DNA of 64,000 nt from Bacilli bacterium (GCA_017433415.1 JAFRHI010000005.1:6516-70515), one strand, 5' to 3'; shown: positions 46,386-57,397, numbered from the stretch's first letter. Translations and numbers: made by a program. The notes: generated by a model from the letters alone, not told the origin.

Positions 46386-46841
46386 ATGCTAAAAATAATT
46401 TGTGTTGGTCAAATAAAAGAAAAATATTTAAAAGAAGCTATAGAAGAATATCTAAAAAGAATAAAAAAATATAACCACATAGAAATAGTAGAAGTAAAAG
46501 ATGAAGGTCTTGTTGAAAAAGTAAAAGAACTGAAATTAGAAGAAGAAAAAATATTAAAACATCTAAATGAAAAAGACTATATTATAACATTAGAAATAGA
46601 AGGAACCGAAATAACTTCCGAAGAATTTGCTAAAAAGATAGATAATGTTTTAATAGAGAACAGTAATATTACTTTCATAATAGGAGGCAGTTATGGCCTA
46701 TCAAATGCTATAAAAGAAAAAGCCAAATATCATTTGTCTTTTTCAAAACTAACGTTTCCTCACCAATTATTCAGAGTGTTACTTTTAGAGCAGATATATA
46801 GATCATATAAAATAAATAATAATGAAAATTATCACAAGTAG
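46386..46841 (+). CDS. rlmH: 23S rRNA (pseudouridine1915-N3)-methyltransferase
   Basis: 151 aa with the SPOUT fold (FIIGGSYGLS...LSFSKLTFPHQLFRVLLLEQIYR). Confidence 0.9.
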   Translation: MLKIICVGQIKEKYLKEAIEEYLKRIKKYNHIEIVEVKDEGLVEKVKELKLEEEKILKHLNEKDYIITLEIEGTEITSEEFAKKIDNVLIENSNITFIIGGSYGLSNAIKEKAKYHLSFSKLTFPHQLFRVLLLEQIYRSYKINNNENYHK

Positions 46842-46849
46842 GAGCTAAT

Positions 46850-47512
46850 ATGATAGGAAATAAATGGGATGAGTTATTAAAAGAAGAATATCAAGAAGAA
46901 TATTTTCAAAATCTTCTACAATTCATCAAGGAAGAATATAAAAAAAAGACAATTTATCCTAAACAAAATGAAGTGTTTAATGCTTTTCGTTACACAGATT
47001 TTGATAATTTAAAAGTTGTAATATTAGGTCAAGATCCTTATCATGGTCCAAATCAAGCAGAAGGTTTATCATTCTCAGTAAGTAACGAAGTATTAAAACC
47101 TCCATCATTAAAAAATATTTTTAAAGAGCTAGAAAGTGATATGAAAATACCATTTCCAGAAGCTAACTCATTAAAACCATGGGCAAAACAAGGTGTATTA
47201 CTCCTTAATGCAGTCTTAACTGTAGAAGAACATAAACCAACTTCCCACAAAGATAAAGGTTGGGAACATTTTACTGATGATATCATAAAAATAATAAACG
47301 AAAAAAAAGAACCAGTAGTATTCATATTATGGGGATCATATGCTAGAGATAAGAAAAAACTAATTACTAATCCAAATCACTATATAATAGAATCTGCTCA
47401 TCCATCTCCCTTTTCAGCAAGAAATGGTTTCTTTGGAAGTAGGCCATTTTCCAAAACAAATAAATTTTTAAAAAGTAAAGGAATCAAAGAAATAGACTGG
47501 AGAATTGAATAA
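46850..47512 (+). CDS. ung: uracil-DNA glycosylase
   Basis: 220 aa with motifs VILGQDPYHGPNQAEGLSFSV and HPSPFSA. Confidence 0.95.
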   Translation: MIGNKWDELLKEEYQEEYFQNLLQFIKEEYKKKTIYPKQNEVFNAFRYTDFDNLKVVILGQDPYHGPNQAEGLSFSVSNEVLKPPSLKNIFKELESDMKIPFPEANSLKPWAKQGVLLLNAVLTVEEHKPTSHKDKGWEHFTDDIIKIINEKKEPVVFILWGSYARDKKKLITNPNHYIIESAHPSPFSARNGFFGSRPFSKTNKFLKSKGIKEIDWRIE

Positions 47513-47526
47513 TAAGAGGTGAAAAA

Positions 47527-48555
47527 ATGAAAAATAAAAAAATTCTCTTTTTCATAGGAGCAGCAGTAATTATTATAGGATCAGTAGCAGTACTTATTTT
47601 TATTAAAACCAAAGAACAAAGTACACAACCATTACCAGAAAATAAAAAGAAATCAGTCAAAAAAGAAATATGCACCCCTATAACAGGTGGATCATTTAAT
47701 CTTATTTTTAATACTGATAGTGAACAAACAATAGATAATATGACTATTTGTATAGCTTGTGCACCAGATACTTATCAGGATTTACCAATTCCCATAAAAG
47801 AAGGATATGAATTTGATGGCTGGTATTATGATAATGAATTTATAAATAAAGTTGAAACTACAAATACTATAAATATAAAGCCAGTTCCTAAAAAGGATAA
47901 AGACTGTACAATAGGATATGAAGATATTACTTTATATGCGAAATATCTGAAAAATGAAGAAGAAAAACAAGAACAAAAAGAAATAGAAGAACAACCAATA
48001 TCTCAAGAAAAAGTTATAGAAAATAATGAAGCACCCTCACCATCCGAAGATCAATCTCAAGTTTCAGCATATACAGAAAAATTTAAAAAACCAAATGGAG
48101 CAGTACATTACTATGATGAGTACGGTTCATTTTCTTATCCACCGAATTATAGAGGTCCATATTTAGCAGTAAATGGTTCTAATATAGTAACAGCTATGGC
48201 TAATGGTGAAGTAATATCTGCTTTAGGCGGCTCAAGCGAATATGGGGGAATATTAATTACAAAACAAACAATTTTTAATAACGGAAAATTAGAAGACTAT
48301 TTAGTAGCAATAAATTATTATCGAGTACCAAATCTAAATCCAGGAGAAACATTTGAACCGGGTCAAGTAATAGCAAACTCGGCAACAAATCACAATACTG
48401 GTCAAGGACGTAGATATTCCATATATACGTATAAAGAATATAATGAGGACATGAAAAATAAAATATTGGCATGTGGAAACAGATATCAATGTATTGATGA
48501 TTTCTTAAGATCAATATTAAGATTAAGAATTGATCCTCGACCAATAATGGAATAA
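47527..48555 (+). CDS. membrane-anchored protein with a Listeria-Bacteroides-type repeat and a degenerate LytM-like C-terminal domain
   Basis: 342 aa with an N-terminal TM helix, EGYEFDGWYYDNEF (the GW repeat signature) and a Glu-rich linker. The C-terminal beta-rich region (VTAMANGEVISAL...PGQVIANS) resembles M23 but lacks the His ligands. Confidence 0.45.
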   Translation: MKNKKILFFIGAAVIIIGSVAVLIFIKTKEQSTQPLPENKKKSVKKEICTPITGGSFNLIFNTDSEQTIDNMTICIACAPDTYQDLPIPIKEGYEFDGWYYDNEFINKVETTNTINIKPVPKKDKDCTIGYEDITLYAKYLKNEEEKQEQKEIEEQPISQEKVIENNEAPSPSEDQSQVSAYTEKFKKPNGAVHYYDEYGSFSYPPNYRGPYLAVNGSNIVTAMANGEVISALGGSSEYGGILITKQTIFNNGKLEDYLVAINYYRVPNLNPGETFEPGQVIANSATNHNTGQGRRYSIYTYKEYNEDMKNKILACGNRYQCIDDFLRSILRLRIDPRPIME

Positions 48556-48588
48556 AAAAATCCACAAATTCTGTGGATTATTTTTTTT
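48554..48588. terminator. bidirectional terminator between the 47527 gene and pta
   Basis: AATCCACA-aattc-TGTGGATT is flanked by A7 and T8. It overlaps the pta stop codon. Confidence 0.75.
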
Positions 48589-49573
48589 GAGCTTGAACAG
48601 CAGTTATAGCGATAACACCAACAATATCATGAACATTGCAACCTCTACTTAAATCATTGATTGGAGCAGCAATACCTTGAGTAATTGGACCATATGCTTC
48701 AGCTTTGGCAAGCCTTTCCACTAATTTATAACCAATATTTCCGGCATCTAAGTCAGGGAAAATCAAAACATTAGCAAGTCCGGCTATTGTACTATCAGGA
48801 GCTTTAAAAGCAGCGACATCTGGAACAATTGCTGCATCTAATTGTAACTCACCATCTATTCTGTAATTACTATATTTTTCTTTAGCAATTTTAACCGCCT
48901 CAACAACTTTAGTAACATCAGCGTGTTCAGCACTACCTTTTGTTGAATGTGAAAGTAAAGCAACAATAGGTTCGCTTTCAACAAGTAGTTCAAAAGTTTT
49001 AGCACTAGTAGCTGCAATAGCTGCTAATTCTTCACTAGTTGGATTTTGAACAAGACCTGAATCAGCAAATACGAAAGTACCGTTAGCTCCATATTCACAA
49101 TCAGGAACAACCATCAAGAAGAATGCTGATACTAGAGGAACATCCTTATCTGCTTTAATAATCTGTAAGGCAGGTCTTAGTGTATTAGAAGAAGAATGAC
49201 AAGCACCAGAAACAACGCCATCTGCCCTACCAGTTTTAACTAGCATACAAGCAAAATACATATAATCTTCAAGAATTAATTTTTTCGCTTCTTCGTAAGA
49301 TAATCCCTTGTTTTTTCTAACTTCAACTAATTTATTAATCAATTCTTCAGTAATATCAGCTACATTAGGATCAATAATAGTTGTTTCACTAAGATCAAGA
49401 TCACTATTATTTGCCTCTATATCGATTTCATTTCCAATAATTATTATCTTAGCAATTTTTTCCTTAGAAGCAATTTCAGCTGCTTCTAATACCCTTCTAT
49501 CCATTGATTCAGGTAAAACAATCGTCTTTAAATTTGTTTTAGCTCTTTCTTTTATATTATCAATAAAACCCAT
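48578..49573 (-). CDS. pta: phosphate acetyltransferase
   Basis: 331 aa, PTA_PTB family (MGFIDNIKERAK...IVLPES, SHSTKGS, INDLSRG). Confidence 0.95.
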   Translation of the reverse strand: MGFIDNIKERAKTNLKTIVLPESMDRRVLEAAEIASKEKIAKIIIIGNEIDIEANNSDLDLSETTIIDPNVADITEELINKLVEVRKNKGLSYEEAKKLILEDYMYFACMLVKTGRADGVVSGACHSSSNTLRPALQIIKADKDVPLVSAFFLMVVPDCEYGANGTFVFADSGLVQNPTSEELAAIAATSAKTFELLVESEPIVALLSHSTKGSAEHADVTKVVEAVKIAKEKYSNYRIDGELQLDAAIVPDVAAFKAPDSTIAGLANVLIFPDLDAGNIGYKLVERLAKAEAYGPITQGIAAPINDLSRGCNVHDIVGVIAITAVQAQKK

Positions 49574-49581
49574 AATAAAAC

Positions 49582-50112
49582 CTACCTCCCATTTAAAATT
49601 TCAAAAATTTCTCTTTTTTCATTATTATAAAATTCAAGTTTTGTATATCTCTTAAAAAAAGCTAATATATTAGATGGAAAAGAAACAACCAACCTATTAA
49701 ATTCTACAACTGTATCATTATAAAATTTAATTGCTCCAACAATGTTTTCCTCATTAGTATTTAATTGTTCTAATATTGATAATAAACTCTCACTCTTCAT
49801 CAATTTTTCATTTTCATCTAATATTTTAAACAATTCATTATAAGCACTTTTTAATTTATTATGATTTTCTAAGTTTTTTTGTTCTTCAAATTCATTATCT
49901 AATTCTTCTAAAAACTCATCCAGTTTTAATTCTTTCTTAATAATAGGCCTAGCTCGATTTAATAGTTCTTGTTTCTTCATTAAATACATATCTATATCCT
50001 CATCTGCTTTGTCTATTTTAATAACGACTAATTGATAATTATTATTAATTATCACAAAAACAAATAATACTATTGATATTCCAACAATTATTCCTAATAT
50101 TATTTCTAACAT
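49582..50112 (-). CDS. LemA family protein
   Basis: 176 aa with an N-terminal TM helix and the LemA C-terminal signature (FYNDTVVEFNRLVVSFPSNILA). Confidence 0.8.
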   Translation of the reverse strand: MLEIILGIIVGISIVLFVFVIINNNYQLVVIKIDKADEDIDMYLMKKQELLNRARPIIKKELKLDEFLEELDNEFEEQKNLENHNKLKSAYNELFKILDENEKLMKSESLLSILEQLNTNEENIVGAIKFYNDTVVEFNRLVVSFPSNILAFFKRYTKLEFYNNEKREIFEILNGR

Positions 50113-50178
50113 CTACTTCACCATCCTAACTAATTATAACAAATTAAAAAAAATAGCACAATAAATGTACTATAAAAA

Positions 50179-52131
50179 CTAATTATTAATATTAATTTCA
50201 TCAAAAGTAGGATCTGTTTCTCTAGGTTCTGTACCTTTTAAAAAGTACATAAGTTTTGTATTTTTAGATGTATCACTAAGAGGCTTTCCAGAAATTGGTT
50301 CAACCAACAAACCAACTACATTTTTCGGTTTTTCATACCATCCATCATTAGAATCAACATCTTTTTGATATTCTTCCACAGTATTATACCAAATATTTTG
50401 TGCATATTTATAATCACTCTTTGTCAGTTCTTCATTATTATCATGTCCAACCCACACCGCACATAAAACATTTTTATTAAAGCCAATATTCCAATTATCT
50501 CCACTAGTAGTACCACTTTTTAATGCATAAGTATGTTTAAGTTTTCCAGATAAACTTATTGCGGTAGGATAATTATAATCTATATATAGTGGATCATAAG
50601 TAGCAGTTAAAACATTGTTTAAAATAAAGACTAAACTTGAGTTTAAGACTAATTCTTTATCCTCATTAACTTGATAAAGCAAGTTACCCTTACTATCTTC
50701 AACTTTCAATATAAAATGGGGTTCAACTTTATAGCCAAGATTAGCAAATGCAGAGTATCCAGCAGCCATATGCAAAATATTAATTTCATTAGTACCTAGA
50801 GGAAGAGAAGGAACAGGCTCAAGTTTTTCATCTATCCCAACTCTTTTTGCAACATTTATTAAGGCATCATTACCTAAAAACATATGTGTTTTAACAGCAT
50901 AAATATTATCACTATAAGCAACAGCTGTAGCCATTGAAATAGGCTTATTACCATAATTATCATTATAGTTATTAGGAGCATAAACTTCCTTATTATCTAC
51001 AGGAAAAGAAGTCTTTTCACTAGTAAAAGAAGTACTAGCAGTAAAACCATTTTCTAAAGCAGCGTAATAAAGATATGGTTTCATTGTAGAACCAACTTGT
51101 CTTGAAGAATATAAAGCCCTATTATATGGTGATTTATTATAATCTCTTCCTCCTACTAATGCCAAAACTCTACCTGTATTTGGATCCATAACTACACTAG
51201 CTGTTTCCAAAGTAGAATCATCAGGAAAAGTATCTTTAATATTTTTTTCTAAATTACTTTGTAAATTAAAATCAAAGCTAGTATATATTTTCAATCCACC
51301 TAAATCACTATAATTATCAGGAATAGTACTAATATTTTTTAATTCATCCATAACAGCATCTTGATAATAATTAATACTTGATAAATCCTCTCTTTCATTA
51401 TCACCAATAATTTTTATTTCTTCATTATATGCTAAATCTTTCTCTTCTTCACTTATTATTCCATTCTTAACCAAACTATTTAATACTAATAACTGTCTTT
51501 TCTTGGCATTATTATAATTAATAATAGGAGAATAATTACTAGGAGCTTTAGGTATAGCTGTAAGTATGCTAGCTTCTGCTAAAGTCAAATCTTTTGCTTC
51601 TTTTCCAAAATAAAACTTACTTGCATTCGCAATTCCATATTTACCATGACCATAATTAATAGTGTTCAAATACCCTTCTAATATTTCATCTTTACTATAA
51701 TTTGCCTCAATCTTCATTGTATACCACATTTCATTCCATTTTCTGGACCATGTCTTATCAAAATTCAAAAACAAATTTTTAGCATATTGTTGAGTAATAG
51801 TAGAAGCACCTTGATCATTACTTTTATTAGAAATATTTGTAATTATAGCCTTTCCTATCCTAAAAAAATCAAAACCCAAGTGTCTATAAAAGTTTTTATC
51901 TTCCGTATAAATAGTAGAATCAATAACATATGTATTAATATCTTTTAATTCAACCCATTCTTTTTCTTGACTTCCCTTAAAATAAACATTATTATCTTTA
52001 TCATATAAAATAATATTATTAGCACTATTAATTATAGGTTTAGGAGAAAGTTTCACATATAAGAAACATCCACTAACAATTAAAAGGAAAATTACTATAA
52101 AAGATTTTACTAATATACGGAATAATTTCAT
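50179..52131 (-). CDS. bifunctional class A penicillin-binding protein (glycosyltransferase/transpeptidase)
   Basis: 650 aa with GT51 motifs EDKNFYRHLG and GASTITQQ, and transpeptidase motifs STMKP (SxxK), SDN and KSGTT. Confidence 0.9.
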   Translation of the reverse strand: MKLFRILVKSFIVIFLLIVSGCFLYVKLSPKPIINSANNIILYDKDNNVYFKGSQEKEWVELKDINTYVIDSTIYTEDKNFYRHLGFDFFRIGKAIITNISNKSNDQGASTITQQYAKNLFLNFDKTWSRKWNEMWYTMKIEANYSKDEILEGYLNTINYGHGKYGIANASKFYFGKEAKDLTLAEASILTAIPKAPSNYSPIINYNNAKKRQLLVLNSLVKNGIISEEEKDLAYNEEIKIIGDNEREDLSSINYYQDAVMDELKNISTIPDNYSDLGGLKIYTSFDFNLQSNLEKNIKDTFPDDSTLETASVVMDPNTGRVLALVGGRDYNKSPYNRALYSSRQVGSTMKPYLYYAALENGFTASTSFTSEKTSFPVDNKEVYAPNNYNDNYGNKPISMATAVAYSDNIYAVKTHMFLGNDALINVAKRVGIDEKLEPVPSLPLGTNEINILHMAAGYSAFANLGYKVEPHFILKVEDSKGNLLYQVNEDKELVLNSSLVFILNNVLTATYDPLYIDYNYPTAISLSGKLKHTYALKSGTTSGDNWNIGFNKNVLCAVWVGHDNNEELTKSDYKYAQNIWYNTVEEYQKDVDSNDGWYEKPKNVVGLLVEPISGKPLSDTSKNTKLMYFLKGTEPRETDPTFDEININN

Positions 52132-52238
52132 TTTTATACCTCCATTCTTTAATAGTATTGAAAATAAAAGGAAAAATATGTATAAAAAAAAATAATATTA
52201 TGTTATAATCATTACAGCAAATTTTAAGAGGTGATTTA

Positions 52239-52592
52239 ATGCCTAAAAAAAATATTATTGTTAAAATATCTGATACTGAAAATGGTGAACATAAACACGA
52301 AACAATTGCAAATTTTGAAGAAGGCTATGTAGAATATATGGAAAGTGATGATTGTACTACAATTTTTAATTATACTAACAAAACTTTAAAAAGAGAAAAT
52401 AGTAGATTAATAATGGATGCGACATTCAAAGAAAATGAAGAAACTGAATGGTTAGTAACTACTAAAGAATTGGATAGAACTTTTCCTTTGAAAGTTAAAA
52501 CTACAAAACTAGAAATTGTTGATAAAAATATAAAAATAAATTATACAATAGAAGGAATTGATTTCTCATATAGTTTAGAGGTGAAAGAATGA
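52239..52592 (+). CDS. DUF1934 (YwiB-like) protein
   Basis: 117 aa, overlapping the argS start by 4 nt, as ywiB-argS does in Bacillus. The call rests mainly on position and size. Confidence 0.55.
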   Translation: MPKKNIIVKISDTENGEHKHETIANFEEGYVEYMESDDCTTIFNYTNKTLKRENSRLIMDATFKENEETEWLVTTKELDRTFPLKVKTTKLEIVDKNIKINYTIEGIDFSYSLEVKE

Positions 52593-54337
52593 GTATTTAT
52601 AATGAACTAGAAAAAGATTTAAAGGAAATAGTAAAAAAATCTGGTTATGATGTAGAAAATATATTTTTAGAACCATCTAATAGAAGAGATTTAGGAGAGT
52701 TTCAATTAAATGATGCTATGCAGTTAGTAAAAAAATATAAGACAAATCCACGTGAAATAGCTACTAAGATAGTAGAGCAACTAGAAAAGGATAATCGTTT
52801 CACTAATATAAATATAGCTGGACCAGGATTTATTAATTTTAGTTTAAGTGAAGAATATACAATAGAAATACTAAATAGAATTAATGAAAACATTTACTCA
52901 AATATTAATAAACATGAAAAAAAGAAAGTAGTAATTGATTATGGAGGCGCTAATGTTGCTAAAGCTCTACACGTTGGCCATTTAAGAAGTGCTAATATTG
53001 GTGAAGCCTTAAAAAGACTTGCTAAATTACTAGGATATGATGTTTTAGGAGATGCCCATTTAGGAGACTATGGTCGTCCTCTTGGCTTTGTAATCAAAGA
53101 AATCAAAGAAATGTATCCTAACCTTCCTTATTTTGATGAAACATATACTGGAAATTATGAAGATATAGATTTACCAATAACTAATGAAGATTTAGAAAGA
53201 ATATATCCCCTAGCATCAGCTAAAGCCAAAGAAGATGAATCTTACTTAGAAGATGGTCGCAATATAACAGTTAAATTTCAAAACGGCGAAAGAGGATACT
53301 ATGATTTATGGAAAAGAATAGTTGAAATATCCAAAGAAGATATAAAAGCAACCTATGATAGGCTAAATGTTTCATTTGAAATATGGAATGGTGAAAGTGA
53401 TGAGATGGCTTATTTCGATAAACTTCTAAAAATTTGTAAAGACAAAAATCTTGTTCAAGAAAGCGAAGGAGCAAAAGTAATTGATGTTAGTAAAGAAGAT
53501 GATAATGCTCCTATGCCACCATTACTTATGATTAAATCAAACGGATCAAAATCATATGATTCTACAGATCTTGCTGCAATTTTAGAAAGAAAAGAAAACT
53601 TTAATCCAGATGAAATATGGTATGTAGTAGATGGTAGACAAGCACTTCATTTCGAACAAGTATTTAGAGCAGCCAGAAAAGCTGAGTTAGTATCTGAGAA
53701 TGTTACTTTAGAACATATTGGTTTTGGGACAATGAATGGCAAAGATGGCAAACCATTTAAAACTAGAGATGGCGGCGTAATGTCATTAAAAAGTTTAATT
53801 GAACTAGTAAAAGAAGAAACATTAAAAAGAATTAATCCTGAAACAGTAAGCGAAGAAGAAAAAGATGAAGTAGCAGAAATAGTTGCTATAGCAGCCTTAA
53901 AATATGCTGATTTAGTTTCTTTCCGTGGAACAGATTATGTCTTTGAAATAGACAAATTTGCTAGTCTAGAAGGAAAAACAGGTCCATATTTACTATATTC
54001 AACAATTAGAATGAAATCACTTTTGACAAAATCAGGTGACTTTAGAAAAGAAAATATCAAGGTATTAAAGACACCAACAGAAAAAGATATAGCTTTAACT
54101 ATTCTTAATCTACCTAATATTCTAGACAAATCTCTAGCAACAAAATCCTTAAATGAAATAGCTGACTATCTTTATAATTTAACAGCTCTATATAACAAAT
54201 TTTATGCTGAGAATAAAGTTTTAACAGAAGAAAAACTTGCTTTAAAAGAGTCATGGCTAGTCTTAACAGACATTGTTTATAATATCAATATGTTACTACT
54301 AGATTTACTTGGTATAAAAGTTCCTAAAAAAATGTAG
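52589..54337 (+). CDS. argS: arginine--tRNA ligase
   Basis: 582 aa with the HIGH-type motif ALHVGHLRSA and a C-terminal DALR anticodon-binding domain. Confidence 0.95.
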   Translation: MSIYNELEKDLKEIVKKSGYDVENIFLEPSNRRDLGEFQLNDAMQLVKKYKTNPREIATKIVEQLEKDNRFTNINIAGPGFINFSLSEEYTIEILNRINENIYSNINKHEKKKVVIDYGGANVAKALHVGHLRSANIGEALKRLAKLLGYDVLGDAHLGDYGRPLGFVIKEIKEMYPNLPYFDETYTGNYEDIDLPITNEDLERIYPLASAKAKEDESYLEDGRNITVKFQNGERGYYDLWKRIVEISKEDIKATYDRLNVSFEIWNGESDEMAYFDKLLKICKDKNLVQESEGAKVIDVSKEDDNAPMPPLLMIKSNGSKSYDSTDLAAILERKENFNPDEIWYVVDGRQALHFEQVFRAARKAELVSENVTLEHIGFGTMNGKDGKPFKTRDGGVMSLKSLIELVKEETLKRINPETVSEEEKDEVAEIVAIAALKYADLVSFRGTDYVFEIDKFASLEGKTGPYLLYSTIRMKSLLTKSGDFRKENIKVLKTPTEKDIALTILNLPNILDKSLATKSLNEIADYLYNLTALYNKFYAENKVLTEEKLALKESWLVLTDIVYNINMLLLDLLGIKVPKKM

Positions 54338-54445
54338 AAAAAAACTATTGCGTATATATAAGATATATGTTATAAATTTAATTGTTAATTTTACAAACAC
54401 AGAAATTTTATAAATACATATAATGTTTGATATAGGAGGGCTACT

Positions 54446-54889
54446 ATGAGTCTTAAATCAATGAAAAAAGAAGAATTAGAATTATTATCAAATAAAGATA
54501 TTGCATATTTAATAATGCAAGAGATGAAAAGAAAATTAAATACTGCTGATTTATTTAGAAAGATTATGAAATTATTAGAATTACCAGAATCTGCATTTGA
54601 ATCTAAAATAGCTGATTTCTATACAGCATTAGCAACAGATAAAAGATTTATTTTACTTGATAATGGTAAATGGGATCTAAGAAGTAATCATACATCTGAT
54701 AAGATTGTAAAAGTATCTGAAGATGAAGAAGAAGAGGAAGATATCGAGGAAGAAGAGCAACAAGATGAAGAAGAAATAGAAGAAGATAACTTTGATGATC
54801 GTGAAGATGAAGATTATGATGATGATACAAATGAAGAATTAAAAGATTTGGTAGTAATAGATGAAAATGAATTAGAACTAGAAGAATAG
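54446..54889 (+). CDS. rpoE: DNA-directed RNA polymerase subunit delta
   Basis: 147 aa with an N-terminal HARE-HTH (FYTALATDKRFILLDNGKWDLR) and a highly acidic Glu/Asp tail. Confidence 0.9.
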   Translation: MSLKSMKKEELELLSNKDIAYLIMQEMKRKLNTADLFRKIMKLLELPESAFESKIADFYTALATDKRFILLDNGKWDLRSNHTSDKIVKVSEDEEEEEDIEEEEQQDEEEIEEDNFDDREDEDYDDDTNEELKDLVVIDENELELEE

Positions 54890-54945
54890 TCTAATTTTTT
54901 TCTTAAAATGTGATATAATATAACCAGTCACGAAAGGGTGATATA

Positions 54946-56010
54946 ATGATAGAACGTTTAGAAGCAACACTTACAAAATATAATGAATTACAAGCAGAAT
55001 TGACAAAACCAGAAGTACTAAGTGATATTAAAAAGACAAAAGCATATTCTAAAGAAATGGCCGATTTAGAAGATATTGTAACTTGCTATAAAAAGTATAA
55101 AAAAGTACTTCAAGGTATTGAAGAAACAAAAGAAATGACTAAAGATCCTGAATTAGGAGAAATGGCTAAAGAAGAATTAAAAGATTTAGAAGAAGAAAAA
55201 GAAAACCTTGATAAAGAATTAGAAATATTATTAATCCCTAAAGATCCTAATGATAGTAAAAATGTTATTATGGAAATTAGAGGAGCAGCTGGTGGAGATG
55301 AAGCAAATATTTTTGCTGGAGATTTATTTAGAATGTATACAAGATATGCTGAAAAACAAGGATTTTCCTATCAGGTATATAATTCAGTAGATGGAACAGC
55401 TGGAGGATTTAGTCAAATCGAATTAATAATCAAAGGTAAGGGAGCATATTCATTATTAAAATATGAAAGTGGATCTCATAGAGTACAAAGAGTTCCTGTT
55501 ACTGAATCAAATGGTCGGCTACAAACATCAACCGCAACAGTATTAGTAATGCCAGAAGCTGATGAAGATGTTGAGATTGAAATAAATCCTAATGATTTGA
55601 GAATCGATATTTATCGTTCAAGTGGCTGTGGTGGCCAAGGAGTAAATACAACAGATTCAGCTGTAAGAATTACACACCTACCTACAGGATTGGTTGTAAC
55701 CTGTCAAAATGAACGTAGTCAAATACAAAATAAAGAACAAGCTATGAAGGTATTAAAATCACGTCTTTATGAACTACAAGAACAAGAAAAAGCTGAAAAA
55801 GAAGGAAATGAACGCCGTAGTAAAATCGGAACAGGAGATAGAGCTGAAAAAATAAGAACTTATAATTATCCTCAAAACAGAGTAACTGATCATCGCATTG
55901 GCTATACTACAAATAACTTAGACAGAGTAATTGATGGTTATTTAGATGATATTATAAATGCTTTAATCCAAGAAGATCAAAAGCGAAAACTAGAAGGAAA
56001 TGAAGATTAA
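54946..56010 (+). CDS. prfA: peptide chain release factor 1
   Basis: 354 aa with the GGQ motif (SGCGGQGVNT) and the PVT tripeptide context (QRVPVTES). Confidence 0.95.
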   Translation: MIERLEATLTKYNELQAELTKPEVLSDIKKTKAYSKEMADLEDIVTCYKKYKKVLQGIEETKEMTKDPELGEMAKEELKDLEEEKENLDKELEILLIPKDPNDSKNVIMEIRGAAGGDEANIFAGDLFRMYTRYAEKQGFSYQVYNSVDGTAGGFSQIELIIKGKGAYSLLKYESGSHRVQRVPVTESNGRLQTSTATVLVMPEADEDVEIEINPNDLRIDIYRSSGCGGQGVNTTDSAVRITHLPTGLVVTCQNERSQIQNKEQAMKVLKSRLYELQEQEKAEKEGNERRSKIGTGDRAEKIRTYNYPQNRVTDHRIGYTTNNLDRVIDGYLDDIINALIQEDQKRKLEGNED

Positions 56011-56016
56011 AATATT

Positions 56017-56841
56017 ATGACAATAGATGAACTATTAGTGTTTGCTAATTCTCATATTCATAAGGATCATGCTCGAATTCTTCTTGCTGAAATAATAGGT
56101 AAAAATCCTTTAGAATTACTATCATATTTAGATGAAATTATACCTGAAGAAAAAGTAGCTTTATATAAAAAATCTGTCTTAGCCTTAGAAGAGGGAAAAC
56201 CATTACAATATATTATGAAACATATAAATTTCTATGGATTAAATTTTTATATTGATGAAAGAGTACTAATACCTAGATTTGAAACTGAAGAATTAGTAGA
56301 GAATACCATTAAGTATATTGAAAGAAATTTTAAAGAACCAATAGATTTAATTGATCTTGGCTGTGGTAGTGGAGTAATCGGTTTAACATTGGAAAAAAAA
56401 GTATCCACAAAAACTGTGGATTTAGTAGATATAAGTAAAGATGCTCTAGAAGTTACTAACATAAACTGTGGAAATTTAAATTCTCAGGCCAATTTAATTG
56501 AAAGTGACTTCTTCACTAATATTGATAAAAAATATGATGTAATAATAAGTAATCCACCTTATATTATGAATAATGAAGAAATAGAACAAATAGTAAAAGA
56601 TAATGAACCTCATTTAGCGCTCTATGCTGGAGAAGATGGTTTAGATTCATATCGAAAAATATTATCTACTATAAAGAATCATATGAAAGATAAGTGTTTA
56701 GTTGCCTTTGAAATTGGTTATAAACAAGCAGAAGCAATAATTAAACTAATAAACGAATATTTAGAAAATGTTAAAATAGAAGTAAAAAAAGATCTATCAG
56801 GTAAAGATAGAATGATTTTTATTTTTAAAAACATTGAATAA
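56017..56841 (+). CDS. prmC: release factor glutamine N5-methyltransferase
   Basis: 274 aa with DLGCGSG and NPPY. It follows prfA. Confidence 0.9.
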   Translation: MTIDELLVFANSHIHKDHARILLAEIIGKNPLELLSYLDEIIPEEKVALYKKSVLALEEGKPLQYIMKHINFYGLNFYIDERVLIPRFETEELVENTIKYIERNFKEPIDLIDLGCGSGVIGLTLEKKVSTKTVDLVDISKDALEVTNINCGNLNSQANLIESDFFTNIDKKYDVIISNPPYIMNNEEIEQIVKDNEPHLALYAGEDGLDSYRKILSTIKNHMKDKCLVAFEIGYKQAEAIIKLINEYLENVKIEVKKDLSGKDRMIFIFKNIE

Positions 56842-56887
56842 AAATATAAAATAAACCTCACAACTATTATGAAAGTGAGGTTTTATT

Positions 56888-57397
56888 ATGCGAAAAGCAA
56901 TTATAATATTAGCAATTATTATAACAGTTTTATCACTAAATAAAGCAAGCAAGGTAATTATCCCAAAAGAAGCAATACGCTTCCGAGTAATAGCAAACAG
57001 TAACAAAGAAGAAGATCAATTACTAAAAAAAGAAATAATAAAAAATCTTTCCCCAGAAATTGTGGAAAGTAGTAAAGCTAAAAATATCGAAGAAGCAAGA
57101 AAATATTTAAAAAATAATCTTCCCAAATTTGAAGAGATAGTTAATAAGACACTAGAAGAAAAATCAGCAAATAAAGAATTTAATATAAATTATGGAAAAA
57201 ACTACTTTCCCAAAAAAGAATATAAAGATATTATATATGAAGCAGGTGAATATGAATCATTAGTTATCAAACTAGGTGAAGGATCAGGTAAAAACTTTTG
57301 GTGTGTTTTATTTCCACCATTATGTTTAGTTGATGAGGATATGCCAAATGTTAAATATAAGTCATTAATAAAAGAACTAATAGATAAGTATTTTTAA
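56888..57397 (+). CDS. spoIIR: stage II sporulation protein R
   Basis: 169 aa with a signal anchor, IRFRVIANSNKEEDQLLK and NFWCVLFPPLC, which are SpoIIR signatures. It lies next to prfA-prmC, as in B. subtilis. Confidence 0.8.
   Translation: MRKAIIILAIIITVLSLNKASKVIIPKEAIRFRVIANSNKEEDQLLKKEIIKNLSPEIVESSKAKNIEEARKYLKNNLPKFEEIVNKTLEEKSANKEFNINYGKNYFPKKEYKDIIYEAGEYESLVIKLGEGSGKNFWCVLFPPLCLVDEDMPNVKYKSLIKELIDKYF

Noticed and set aside
48559-48579. Inverted pair of DnaA-box-like sequences (AATCCACA / TGTGGATT)
   Set aside because: The pair forms an 8-bp hairpin flanked by A7 and T8 between convergent genes. It is therefore a bidirectional terminator, and it lies 26 kb from oriC with no further boxes nearby.
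52744-52759. parS-like AAATCCACGTGAAATA inside argS (and a CACGTG at about 16725 in gyrB)
   Set aside because: It has four mismatches to the parS consensus, including the outer specificity positions, and it lies in coding sequence. The gyrB site is worse.
54700-54860. GAA/GAT-rich low-complexity repeat
   Set aside because: It encodes the acidic C-terminal tail characteristic of RNA polymerase delta (rpoE). It is not a non-coding repeat or a mobile element.
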